A stretch of DNA of 63,930 bases, the filler included, from Octopus bimaculoides (lineage: Eukaryota): NCBI RefSeq assembly GCF_001194135.2. It is 4 parts of 4 records of this genome, joined end to end, with 100 filler letters (N's around TTAATTAATTAA, not from the genome) between each part and the next. Parts side by side here need not be neighbours in the genome. Positions count along the whole stretch, not along the records: positions 30,964 to 53,670 come from NC_068995.1; positions 53,771 to 56,900 come from NC_069006.1; positions 57,001 to 63,930 come from NC_068999.1; 1 more part is not named here. One strand, written 5' to 3'. Position 1 is the first letter of the stretch; each line of letters starts with the position of its first letter. The position numbers and the translations under genes were made by a program. Positions 48,860 to 61,505 of the stretch are shown here, piece after piece. A model generated the notes under the pieces. It was given only the letters and a program-made list of their open reading frames with translations, was not told the origin of the DNA and searched no databases.

Positions 48860-49744
48860 AGGAGCAGGGTAATGAAGGGAGAGAGAAACAGAGATTTATA
48901 TAAGGTTAATTTGTACCCCACTCCCACACACGAAAAATATCCAAATATTGATGGAAATATTTTTATAGAATTTCATAAATCTTTTGTTAAGATAATTACC
49001 AAATCTAAAGTTAAAAATGTCAAATTACTGAAATATATTCGGAACAAAATTACTGAATGAGTAATTAAGAATTATACATGGCAAGGGTGGTAGGGGTAGG
49101 GTTGGTGGCAGTTGTGGTGATGGTGGTGGTGGTGGTGGAGATAACTGGCAAATTGGAACTATAATCATCGTCATTGTCATCATCATCATCATCATCATTG
49201 CCGTCGTCATTGTCATTGTCATCCTCCTCATCACTTTTATCATCACATCAATATTGTCATTAACAGCTGTACAACCTCCACTGTCATCGTTATCTTCCCT
49301 GTCAATATCCTCATCAACATCACCATCACCATTACCATCATCATCATCATCATCATCACCATCATCATCATTATTCTCCTCCTCCTCCTCCTCCTCCTCA
49401 CCACCACCACCATCATCATCATCACCGTCATCATCATCATACTTCAATATTTCAACCATGACCCCCCCTTCTTGTTTCCCCACCCCTTCTAACCCAGATA
49501 ATTTCTTCTCTGGACATTGATTATATGCAGCATATGAACATTATGCATAAATGACATGCCCCATAAACTTATGCTGGGTTCCCTCATTATACAGATATAT
49601 GTGCATTGCCCATATTTATAACACATGGTTCACAGGAAAATTGCATATATATACATGTGTGCCAAAATCTGTGAAATTCTACAATTATGTGCACATACTC
49701 ATACACAAACATAATGCATAATGCAGGTGTATGTGTGCATGTGT

Positions 49745-49990
49745 GTGTATCATCGACATCATCATCATCATCATCATCATCATTGTCGTCATCCTTGTTT
49801 AATGCCCATTTTCCATTCTGGCATGCGTTGGATGGTTTGACAGGAGCTGGCCATCTGGGGCACTGTACTTACTCCGTTTGGGGCATGGTTTCTACAACTG
49901 GATGCCCTTCCTGATGCCAACCACTTTACAGAGTATGCTGGGTGCTTTGTACGTGCTACCGGGCACAGGTGCTTCTATGCAGCACCAACA
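49745..49990 (-). mobile_element. SINE-like family 4 tail
   Basis: (CAT)n then TTTCTACAACTGGATGCCCTTCCTGATGCCAACC. Confidence 0.7.
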
Positions 49991-50223
49991 CACTAGCACC
50001 TATATATATAAATGCACATATATGTATTTGTGAATATATATATATATATATATATAGGTAAGTGATAGGCTTGCCTCGATCCTTCAGGGGTAGTCTGAAG
50101 CAGCCAAGCAACCAGGGGATGTTTAAATCCGGAGGCACTCCTGGGGATCACCTGTATGGGTACCGTCTTGGGAAGAGGGTATCCAGAGGCAGGTAATTTA
50201 TTGCTTAAACCGTAGTTTATAAT

Positions 50224-50377
50224 TATATTTATGTGGAGAATGGAGCAACAAATACAAGAAAAAGCAATATTGATGGACTAGTTAGCCATTGTTTTATTAC
50301 GTAATAAAACAACGGCTAACTAGTCCAGCAATATTGCTTTTTCTTGTATTTGTTGCTCCATTCTCCACATAAATATA
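50224..50377. repeat. 154-bp near-perfect palindrome with no spacer
   Basis: 77-bp arms centred on TTATTAC|GTAATAA (50300/50301), with only two mismatched pairs. Confidence 0.95.
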
Positions 50378-50599
50378 TATATATATATATATATATATTT
50401 GAATAAAAGAAGAGTAAAAATATCGCTTGCCAAAGGCGAAAGTGAAAGCTTCAAAAACCACCAATCCTATGATAAATGCACACACCAGCAATACAATGAA
50501 AACTTTAAAAAATAGGCCTACCTTCAGGATGGAATATGAAGGCAGCTAATACATATCCCAATATCAATTGACTTCATGCTGTGCATGAGAAAACATGCT

Positions 50600-50700
50600 T
50601 TGCAATCATCAGTTGGAGACACTTGCCTAGAGTGCTACACAGTGGAACTGACCCCAGAGTCATGTCGTTGGGAAGCAAGCTTCTTACCACACAGCCACGC
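50600..50700 (-). mobile_element. SINE family 1 head fragment
   Basis: GACACTTGCCTAGAGTG..AAGCAAGCTTCTTACCACACAGCCAC. Confidence 0.7.
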
Positions 50701-51988
50701 TTGAGATAGAATGCAAATTTGTTCAAGAGGCAATGCTGGGAAGTGGGATTGAAACCTGGAGTTCATAATTCAAAATTGCAAAGCAAGTTTATTAACCATT
50801 TGGCTATCATTCTTTTAAATGGTTAATCTAAAATCTCCAATGCTAAATAATCTTGGCATTACAAGAAAAGTTCCATATGCCACATAAATCAATTCTTATT
50901 AACTATCAAATCAATATTATTTTCGTAAATATATTCGATGTTAAATTTTTGACTGCAGCTTAATAAATTATCTGATAATTTTATTAAATAAGATTTGTTA
51001 AATATGATTGATGCAACAAGCTTTAATATTCTGAATTATAATTAAGATTTCTGTTATTTTTTTTGGTTGTTTCTGTTTTTATTTTTTATTTTTATCACTT
51101 ACTTAGTATAAACATGTACAAAAGCTTTATCAGCAACAACAACAAAAGTGACGACAACATCAACAATAACAATAATAATAATAAATAATGATTTCCATAA
51201 TAATTATGATAATTGTAATATTTTAAAAAGGATTGATGTAACTTTTCCCAAAGGTAAACAGTCAAGACGAAGAGCGCGATTCGATTGTAAGATATTTTAT
51301 AAGTTGAACGATATTTCAACAGTATGTCTGTTTTTGTCAAGTTCAAAATAAGATGTGATAAAAATTCAAAATTACAGAAATTTAAACGTAAAGTATGAAC
51401 GAGAGCAACCTGTGTCCACATGTTGATGGAATGACATCATCAGATTTTAAGTTACAATTTTATAACAGGATGAAAGAAAAAGACAGTAAAATATAGAAAA
51501 AAGATGACAGAAAAAAGGAAAGAAAAAGAGCGAAAGAAGAATATTTAATAATTGTAATAGTAATAATAATAATGATGATGATAATGATTTAATTTTAAGC
51601 TAATTAAATTAATTTACATTTAGTGTAGTTATTACAGTTTCGAAAAGCTATCATTGTCGGGGAAGTTGTAAATCAGCTGTTTTTGTTGTTGTTAGCTCCT
51701 GGTATAATTTAAATTAGCATATCAACGATCAGATGGATTCCAGCCATGACCAGTTGGTCCATAATTTTTTTTTTTTCTTCTTTGTGGTTTTAGCAGCGAT
51801 TCCCGAATCTCAGTGTCTGTTCAAATTCTGGCTTTGTAAATAGGCACTGGGCTTACCAAAATACACACATGCACACACACACACACACACAAACAGTTAG
51901 ATGGATAAATACACAGAAACATGGAATGCATAATACGCTTTCTAATTTTTTCTCTCTCTCTCTCATGCCATCTCTCTCTCTCACTCTA

Positions 51989-52024
<36 letters not shown>

Positions 52025-53447
52025 TTTCTCTCGCACTCCCATTATGTTTCACCATCTCTCTTCTATTGTTCCATCACTCTCTCTCTCTCTGTCTCTCTCC
52101 TATTGCTCCATCACTCTCTTTCTATCCTGTTGCTCTGTCTCCTTTTCTGTCTCTCTCTCTCTCTCTCTGTCTCTTTTTCCATTTCTCTCTCCATCTCTCT
52201 CTCTCACCATTTCTTGTACATTTTCAGGAGTCTCCCATCAGTGTCTCTCTCCGCTTTCCTCTCTTATCACTCTATCAGTGTACCTCCCGCCCTCAATCAC
52301 TCACCTTCTCTCTGTGTCTACCTCTCTCTTTCTCTCCCTCTCCACCTCTCTTCTCTCTCTGTTTCTCATTCCATTTCTCCTTCATCCTCTCCATCACCTC
52401 TACCTTCCATGCTACAAATAGACAATATAAGATATTCTTCTGAAAGCAATTAAGACTTTTTTTGTAGACTTGACCGCCCCCTCCCCCACCACACACAAGC
52501 TAATTAGTCACCCATCCACCCACCCAGACGTCCAAGCCTCGTTTACCATGAAACAATGCAAGCACACACAAACACACACACAAACACACACACACACACA
52601 TGCACATGAGCACACACATACACACACATGTACAGGTGCCCACTAACGCCAACACAAACATCTTCCCCACACATTGCACTCCCTCACACTACCACCAGCA
52701 GCCGTGCCTCTGTCATCCTCATTAGCACCACCACCATCACCATCTCTCTCTCTCTCTCTCTCTAGTCACATATGTATTTGTGTGTGCTTCTGTACATGTG
52801 TGTGTGTGTGTGCACATGTGTGTGTGTGTTACAAAACGTTCTGTGTCTGGTTTAATTCGATGACGACCACGGCCACCACCACCACTACACAGGACCTCCC
52901 CACCTCAACAGCATCATCATCATCATCATCATCATCACCGTCAGCATCGTCAACACCACCCTAGTCTTAAAAACCACCTCCGCCACCATTCCGTACCAAT
53001 AACAAAGTTTGCTATGACTAGAAGAACTACCACCCCCACCTCCACCACCGTCTCTACTAAATAACAGCACCATTGACAAACACAATCGCCATGACCACCA
53101 CCACGGAGTGGCAATGAGTCATTATAAAACAATTTGAATTCAGTTTTATAATTGGTAATGGTGGTGGTGGTGGTGGTGGTGGTGGTGGTGGTAGGGATGA
53201 TGGTGGTGGTGGTAGTGAGGGTAGAGAGTGCTGGGGTGTTTAGGAGGCAGGGAGTGGGCATGGTGACGCGGTGGTGGGGATTCTGGTTGGAAACCAATAG
53301 CCTATATTTGTGAGTGTATAGATTGATTTACTGTGTACATGTGTTCCTACATATATCTATAGAGAGAGAGAGAGAGCGATGGAAAGAGAGAAAGAGATAT
53401 ATATATATGTATGTACATAGACATATATATATATCTATATATATATA

Positions 53448-53478
<31 letters not shown>

Positions 53479-53622
53479 GTCGGTATGAATGTCTGTATGC
53501 TTGTGTGTATTGATGGATGGATGTGTGTATGTATGTATATACTGTACTTATGTTGAGTTCTGTTTCCTGTGTTTGTAAAACCAAAACTATAAGTATAAAT
53601 GACGTAATATAGTGTATGTCTG

Positions 53623-53670
<48 letters not shown>

Positions 53671-53789
53671 NNNNNNNNNNNNNNNNNNNNNNNNNNNNNN
53701 NNNNNNNNNNNNNNTTAATTAATTAANNNNNNNNNNNNNNNNNNNNNNNNNNNNNNNNNNNNNNNNNNNNATATATATATATATGTGCA

Positions 53790-54002
53790 TGTATATGCAT
53801 GTGTGTCTTTGTTTGTCCCTCCCCCATCGCTTGACAACCGATGCTGGTGTGTTTACATCCGCGTAACTTAGCAGTTCAGCAAAAGAGACCGATAGAATAA
53901 GTACTAGACTTACAAAGAATAAGTCATGGGGTTGATTTGTTCGACTAAAGGCAGTGCTCCAGCATGGCCACAGTCAAATGACTGAAAATAGTAAAAGAGT
54001 AA
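53790..54002 (+). mobile_element. SINE family 1 tail
   Basis: CATCGCTTGACAACCGATGCTGG..TAAGTACTAGACTTACAAAG..CAGTCAAATGACTGAAA. Confidence 0.85.
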
Positions 54003-54199
54003 ATGGATATATATATATATGTATGTATGTGTGTGTATGTATGTATGTGTATGTATGTATGTGTGTATGTATGTATGTATGTATGTGTATGTATGTTTAT
54101 GTATGTCTGTATGTATGTGTATGTATGTATGTATGTATATGTACGTATGTGTTAGGACATAGGGTTTGTCACCTAGTTTTCATGGTATATAAGTGACTG

Positions 54200-54375
54200 A
54201 AATCACAACATTCACCCCTGGATGGGATGCCAGTCCTTTGTAGGTTTACTCACTTGCAGCTGAGTGAACTGGAGGGGCAGTGGGGAAAAGGGAGTCTTTT
54301 TGTTCAAGAACACATCACACTGCCCAGTCTGTGAATTGAAACCTCAATCTCATGATTGTGAATGCAGCACCCTAA
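54200..54375 (-). mobile_element. tRNA-derived SINE (family-3-like head), degenerate
   Basis: Minus-strand head GATTAGGGTGCTGCATTCACAATCATGAGATTGAGGTTTCAATTC resembles 33604-33711. Confidence 0.55.
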
Positions 54376-54377
54376 TC

Positions 54378-54548
54378 CCATGGTCCTCAACCCTTTTAAT
54401 ATCTGAGCCAGGTCCAAAACCTGGTTTTCTCCTTTCTTAGGGGCTGCACCTGACATAAAGCAAAACACAAGTCAATTAATCAAGGGTTGCCAGAAGGATT
54501 CCTGAGGACCACATGTGGCCCTGGGTGTCATGGTTGAGTATCGTTGCC
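54378..54548. mobile_element. Possible hAT-type MITE relic
   Basis: Ends TGGTCCTCAACC / GGTTGAGTATCG with a subterminal palindrome GACCACATGTGGCC, an arrangement I associate with hAT MITEs; degenerate. Confidence 0.4.
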
Positions 54549-55809
54549 CTAGCCATTGCTCTGGACTGGTTACTCCAGGTGCAAAATTCTTAGGGGCACA
54601 AAGTTTTAGGAGCACAAAGTAAAACAAAAAACATAAATAAANNNNNNNNNNNNNNNNNNNNNNNNNNNNNNNNNNNNNNNNNNNNNNNNNNNNNNNNNNN
54701 NNNNNNNNNNNNNNNNNNNNNNNNNNNNNNNNNNNNNNNNNNNNNNNNNNNNNNNNNNNNNNNNNNNNNNNNNNNNNNNNNNNNNNNNNNNNNNNNNNNN
54801 NNNNNNNNNNNNNNNNNNNNNNNNNNNNNNNNNNNNNNNNNNNNNNNNNNNNNNNNNNNNNNNNNNNNNNNNNNNNNNNNNNNNNNNNNNNNNNNNNNNN
54901 NNNNNNNNNNNNNNNNNNNNNNNNNNNNNNNNNNNNNNNNNNNNNNNNNNNNNNNNNNNNNNNNNNNNNNNNNNNNNNNNNNNNNNNNNNNNNNNNNNNN
55001 NNNNNNNNNNNNNNNNNNNNNNNNNNNNNNNNNNNNNNNNNNNNNNNNNNNNNNNNNNNNNNNNNNNNNNNNNNNNNNNNNNNNNNNNNNNNNNNNNNNN
55101 NNNNNNNNNNNNNNNNNNNNNNNNNNNNNNNNNNNNNNNNNNNNNNNNNNNNNNNNNNNNNNNNNNNNNNNNNNNNNNNNNNNNNNNNNNNNNNNNNNNN
55201 NNNNNNNNNNNNNNNNNNNNNNNNNNNNNNNNNNNNNNNNNNNNNNNNNNNNNNNNNNNNNNNNNNNNNNNNNNNNNNNNNNNNNNNNNNNNNNNNNNNN
55301 NNNNNNNNNNNNNNNNNNNNNNNNNNNNNNNNNNNNNNNNNNNNNNNNNNNNNNNNNNNNNNNNNNNNNNNNNNNNNNNNNNNNNNNNNNNNNNNNNNNN
55401 NNNNNNNNNNNNNNNNNNNNNNNNNNNNNNNNNNNNNNNNNNNNNNNNNNNNNNNNNNNNNNNNNTATATATATATATGTATGTATGTATGTGTATATAT
55501 AGCAATATGAAAGTGGAGGGGATTAATAGCCGGTATTCATCAACTTGCAGACATTGTATTGTGTCAATTTACCTGTTTATTTGTTTACTAAGAGGACAAT
55601 AATAACAATATACAAACCCATGTGACATATTATGTCATATCAGTAATTATAAAAATGACATATAGTGGCATATAGTGACAGAAAATGGTAAAATAACTTT
55701 TTACCCGCACCCATTTATTGGTAATGTAATTGCCATGCAATGAAAAAACACTAGTGTAATAATAATTGGGTATTCTTCCAGCAGTATATTGGATAGATAT
55801 TATCCCTTA

Positions 55810-56015
55810 GTGGGGATCACGACACAAAAGTCAGCTGGAAAAATCATGGCGACTGTCTTTTGGGATGCTCAAGGTATCACTCTGGTTGATTTCTTGCCAA
55901 AAGGAAAAACAATAAACTCATAATAAGCGTCATTTTGATGTATGATACCTGTTCCTGTGTTGGTAATTATACCTGTCCTAAACAAAATGGCATTACTTTT
56001 TGACTCACCCTCGTA
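55810..56015. mobile_element. Mariner relics: transposase piece (+, 55810-55920) abutting a terminal piece (-, 55921-56015)
   Basis: KSAGKIMATVFWDAQGITLVDFLPKGKTINS on the plus strand; a mariner-type terminus TACGAGGGTGAGTCAAAAAGTAATG on the minus strand at 55991-56015. Confidence 0.8.
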
Positions 56016-56199
56016 TATTAATTCTTTAACTGAATAATTAAATTTAGGGGTCATTCTAGTGATGAAGTTAATTATTCACTGAAAAAGTAGAACCGATATT
56101 TTCTGCTTCTGCAATACTGTAGGAGATACGGTTTTCATGCCCACCACAAGAAATATTTGATTGTTAGCTCTGTAAAGGAATATTTAATGAAATATGTTG

Positions 56200-56240
56200 A
56201 AGAAGGAGGAGGAGGAGGAGGAGGAGGAGAAGGAGAAGAA

Positions 56241-56299
<59 letters not shown>

Positions 56300-56410
56300 A
56301 GAATTGAAGAAGATGAAGAATTGAAGAAGAAGCAGAATTGAAGAAGAAGAAGAAGAAGAAGAAGAAGAAGAAGAAGAAGAAGAAGCAGAATTGAAGAAGA
56401 AGAAGAAGAA
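56200..56410. repeat. Compound (GGA)n/(GAA)n microsatellite with periodic GAATT/GCAGAATT interruptions
   Basis: Direct reading. Confidence 0.9.
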
Positions 56411-57191
56411 AATCTGAAAATTGTGTTTTGGAAAGGTTTTTTTTTTCAAAGCTGTTGGCCAAGAACCCACTTTCGATAGTTAACAAGTAATAAAATCTTG
56501 ATCAGATATATCGTCTTTCTGCATTCATAGGATGAACAGGTAGGGGCAGGGTGGAGTAAAGCATGAGTTCTGGGTTTTTTTCATGAGTTGAACGTTTTCA
56601 ATTCTCTTTGGTTGATGAATGTCAAGTTCGTTTCACTCCCTGCTCTATAAATGTCAAGTAAAATGATACGGACATCACTGTATAACATTTCACTCCTGCC
56701 GTACAGCAATACACCAGTTGACACCATACGCCCCACAAACACACATGCACGCACGCACAGAGTTTTGTGTAACTTTCACCTTTGACCCTAAAATCTTGTG
56801 GTAAAAAAAGGTTACCTACATCTAGATGCCAGGTAGTAGTAGTAGTAGTGGTAGTAGTAGTGGTAGTAGTAGTAGTGGTAGTAGTAGTGGTAGTAGTAGT
56901 NNNNNNNNNNNNNNNNNNNNNNNNNNNNNNNNNNNNNNNNNNNNTTAATTAATTAANNNNNNNNNNNNNNNNNNNNNNNNNNNNNNNNNNNNNNNNNNNN
57001 GGTGGTGGTGGTGGTGGTGGGTTTTGTTGTTGTTCTTGCTGTTATTCTTGCTGTTAGTGGTGGTGGTGGTGGTGTTAATGACGGTGTTGTTGTTATTACA
57101 GTTGTTGCCGTCATTATTGCTGCTCCTGTTGTTGTTGTTGTCTCAGTGATTGTAGCATTTACAGTTGCTGCTGTTGTCGAGGCTATTGTTG

Positions 57192-57220
<29 letters not shown>

Positions 57221-57222
<2 letters not shown>

Positions 57223-57312
57223 GCTTAGCAACATTTCGTCTGTTTTTATATTCTGGGTTCAAATACCGCCGAGGTTGACTTTGCCTTTCATCCTTTTGCG
57301 GTCAATAAATTA
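57221..57312 (+). mobile_element. SINE family 2 fragment following (ATT)n
   Basis: TGCTTAGCAACATTTCGTC..GGGTTCAAATACCGCCGAGGTTGACTTTGCCTTTCATCC. Confidence 0.8.
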
Positions 57313-57664
57313 AGCATCAAGGAAACATTGGAGTTGTTGGAGCTCCTGGAGTCTTGCATGCATATCGGGCTTGCTACCTGCAGCCTTCGGTACCATGTTA
57401 TCCGTTCTTTTCAGCCATCTAAAACTTTCCTGATTATTCTGGCGGAGGCAAACCTTTTGGAACAGTTCTACTGGGCAGTCTATTCCAATTTCTTTTATAT
57501 CCCCCCTCCCCTGATACTGTTCCTAAGGACCCAACAATAATTCGCACTATCTTCACCTTCTTCATTTCCCATAGCCAGGCTATTTCGTACTTAAGAGGGT
57601 TATATTTATCTCTCTTTTTGCCTTCCTTCTTGTCTATTCGTGGGTCAAAGGGGCATGCAACATT
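57313..57664 (-). mobile_element. R4/Dong-clade 3' fragment, third family (RLE C-terminus plus 3' UTR)
   Basis: NVACPFDPRIDKKEGKKRDKYNPLKYEIAWLWEMKKVKIVRIIVGSLGTVS..IKEIGI..LFQKVCL..ARIIRKVLDG* (two frameshifts; stop at 57411-57413). Confidence 0.85.
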
Positions 57665-57718
57665 ATATATATATAGTTAATATAGCATATGTGGTGCACC
57701 TTATTATTATTATTATTA

Positions 57719-57755
<37 letters not shown>

Positions 57756-57899
57756 GTTATTTTCTTCTTTCTTCAAATTTTCTTCCATTTCTTGCCGAGT
57801 GTTTTCCGTACACCTAGGGCAGAGAAGCTCATTGTATGCATTCCCAGTTTACACACGCAAATTCGCAGGTAAAATATGTATTTAAAAAGAAATTAATAA

Positions 57900-58077
57900 A
57901 TAGTAGGTTCCTTAGGGATTTGAACTCTCATTCAATCTTTTCTTTAAATTCATTACTATTGTCCTTGTTCATTTTTCTGTCAAAGAAGAATGCTTTCCAT
58001 CTCATACTATCTATGAAAGAACTTGTGTTTCCGGTTAGTTATTTCAGGTACTCCTTTATCCCGGCATTAGTGTATCC
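57900..58077 (-). mobile_element. Penelope-like element, N-terminal ORF fragment
   Basis: IKEYLK*LTGNTSSFIDSMRWKAFFFD..EFKS resembles the EY..LI.KT..FI.RMRWKA.FF..GFKS motif upstream of the Penelope RT. Confidence 0.65.
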
Positions 58078-58862
58078 TTGAATGAAACACCCAGTGTAAT
58101 TCTTTCCAGCCTTAGGCGACGTTCCGATAGCGACTTTATTCCTTTATTCAGTACGATTCAGACAATAACTCTATAACGCGCTTTTAAAAGCTCATCCTGT
58201 TACTGGCTGCCCGCATATCACTCAACAGTAGAATATTTTCCAAGACTGGATAACCATGTGAAACGTTGCTATTCTATAGAATTAATATAAGAATAAGAAT
58301 AATATAACACGAGGATGGAAAATATTAGGCCTTAATAGCAAAGCACAACATTTGTTTCTGCACCGTACACCAACTTTAAGTTGCTGAGTTTATATATATA
58401 CATCATTATAGAATCATTACATAATTAGATATTTTTCAGCAATTGCTGTATGCATGTGCTTTCTCGGGTGAAATGCAATTAAACAAAGTCGGATTTTAAA
58501 AAATTTTCTCAGATATACCATGTCTATTTTTTTTCCACTAGTCAGTTCATTAGATTCCGGGCGACGCACAGTTGTAGGGACAGAAAAACAAAAGCAAAAT
58601 CAAATACAAAAGTAATATCACAATAATATTGCCAACAATAATAACAATAACAGCATAAAGGCGACCACACATAATATATAGTATGCATATATGTGCCTAA
58701 ATATATCACATGTTAGTATGTATATATATATATATATATATATATAATGTTATATTATATATATATACCCGTAGATATATGCATATATACACTTAATTAC
58801 ACGTATACATACATATATATGAATGTCTATCTGTATGTGTGTATGTATATATATATGTATAA

Positions 58863-58914
<52 letters not shown>

Positions 58915-58987
58915 GAGATAGATATATAGATAGACATATATACATACATATATACATAAATATATACATACATATGTACACACACAT

Positions 58988-59029
<42 letters not shown>

Positions 59030-59031
59030 GC

Positions 59032-59064
<33 letters not shown>

Positions 59065-59719
59065 TGCATGTATGTGTGTATGTATGCAGGTATGTATGTA
59101 TGTATGTTCTTGGAGAAGAGGAATCCAATTGCCGCGATCGAAGCTATGATACTAGCAATAAATGATGTGGAGATTATAAAGTGTTGATATCGGCTGACAG
59201 GCACAATGGCAATAAATGTCATTGGTGATTGTTCTCTCGACTAAAATGGGCGATATTTTTTTTATTATGAGCACCAGTACGTGAGTGTGTGTGACAGAGA
59301 GCCAGACAGATCGACAGACAGACAGATCGACAGACAGACAGATCGACAGACAGACAGATCGACAGACAGACAGAAAGACAATAGTGGTTTATTGAGAGAG
59401 AAGGTTGTGGATTTTTTGTGTGAAGGTTATGGAAACATGTAGCCCGGATCTTATCTACTCCATTCCTTAATTCTTGTATGTATATGTATGCATGTATGTA
59501 TGTATGTACACATACACACAAACATATATATAATATATTACAGTAATGATAGTATAGTTTCATAACAGTCAATGAATATTATCAAATGGTTTCATGCAGA
59601 CAACCTTCCAGAAGTAGAGGGGTAAATCAATTCGGTACATGGATGTTGTGTGTGTGCGTGTGTATGTGTGTGTGTATGTGCGTGTTTGTGTGTGTGTATG
59701 CGTGCGTGTGTGTGCGTGC

Positions 59720-59953
59720 GCACGCAACTTTACATCTGTGCTTGTCGCTCCATTACCGCTTGACAACAAATGTTGGTTTGTTTACGTCTGCGTAACATAG
59801 CCGTTCCGTAAAAGAGACCCATAGAATACATGACTTTAAAAAAAAAAAAAGAAAGAACAAGCAAGCACTAGGGTCGATTTCCTCAGCTAACTATCCTACA
59901 AGGCCGTGCTCCAGCATGGCCGCAGTCCAATGACTGAAAACAAGTAAAAGATA
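59720..59953 (+). mobile_element. SINE family 1 tail
   Basis: CGCTTGACAACAAATGTTGG..GCTCCAGCATGGCCGCAGTCCAATGACTGAAA. Confidence 0.8.
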
Positions 59954-61049
59954 ATTGTATTTTTCTCTCTCTTTTATATCGATATAGTGTGAGTCAAGGG
60001 ATTATCTAGCAGATAGTCGCTCCCACAATGGTTCATTTCAGTATGAAGAGATGGCAGATACGAAAACGTGCTGTTGCCATCGTGTATACCATAATTGACT
60101 AACTTGGAATATTTTCTGGACATTAAAGGAAATATTTATGGAAGCAATGCCTCATAGCAACTCATATGGAATTCACTAAAATGGAAAATGATCAATGTAT
60201 GATGCATGATGTTTGTGGCTCACCCACCAGCTCGCTTCTACCAGCTTATCTATCTATCAATCTAACAATCTATCTTCCTCTCCCGTCTTGTTCATATGTG
60301 TCCGTGAATGTGGGTGTATATAGAGTATATATATATATATNNNNNNNNNNNNNNNNNNNNNNNNNNNNNNNNNNNNNNNNNNNNNNNNNNNNNNNNNNNN
60401 NNNNNNNNNNNNNNNNNNNNNNNNNNNNNNNNNNNNNNNNNNNNNNNNNNNNNNNNNNNNNNNNNNNNNNNNNNNNNNNNNNNNNNNNNNNNNNNNNNNN
60501 NNNNNNNNNNNNNNNNNNNNNNNNNNNNNNNNNNNNNNNNNNNNNNNNNNNNNNNNNNNNNNNGAGGGAGGGAGAGAGAGAGGGGGGAGGGAGGGAAGGA
60601 GAGAGAGAGAGATACATATGTGTGTGCATATATATATATATATATATACACCACACACACACACACACACATACACACACATACACACATGCTTCTTGTG
60701 TATGCGTAGTTTGAGTTTGGGACAGAATAATTGCAAGGACTTTTTCTACCTTTCTGTACACCAAAGTTTACATCGGTTTCCATCCTTTGAATGCGTGTGT
60801 ACGTGCATGTATGTGTTTATGCGCGTGCGCACGTGTGTGTGTATATGTGTGTGTATGTCTTTGTGTGTGTTAGGTGTGTTTATATGCATGCATATTGATA
60901 CGAGGATGAATCATTGAATATTTGCAATGTATTTACAATGGTCTCTTGTTAACAGGTAAATTAGTTGAGGGATGCTTGCGCATCACTTAACTTGGTCTCT
61001 CTCTAGATCTGCGATGACGGCTTGAATTTCAAGTACCACTTTATTTCTT

Positions 61050-61505
61050 GCTGAACTGGCAGAATCATTAATGCGTCTGACAAAATGCTTAGCGGTATTT
61101 CTTTCTGACTCTTTAGGGTTCTGAGTTCAAATTCCACCGAGGTTGACTTTCCCTTCCAACATTTTTGATGTCGATAAAATAAATACCACTTGTGCACCAG
61201 GGTTGCCCGTAATCGACTTACCCACTCCCTTACAACTGCAGGTTTGTACCTATATTTGAAGCCACTATAATGTTAACCATTAAAGTGGCGGGCTGGCAGA
61301 ATCGTAAGTGCGTTGGATAAAATACTTGGCGGCATTTTTTTCGACTCTTTGCACTCTGAGTTCAAACACCGCCAAGGTCATCTTTGTCTTTCATTCTTTC
61401 AAAGGCAACTAACATACATGCAGTTATGCATACATAATGTCGACTAAATCACTCTCCCTAAAACTGCTGGACTTTGTGCTACAGCCATTATCACGTTAAC
61501 CATTG
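61050..61505 (+). mobile_element. Two adjacent degenerate SINE family 2 copies
   Basis: Heads CTGGCAGAATC at ~61054 and ~61294; both copies end GCCA(C/T)TAT..GTTAACCATT. Confidence 0.75.

Noticed and set aside
58110-58280. Two possible degenerate hammerheads beside the Penelope fragment
   Set aside because: Each has multiple core substitutions and poor stem I pairing.
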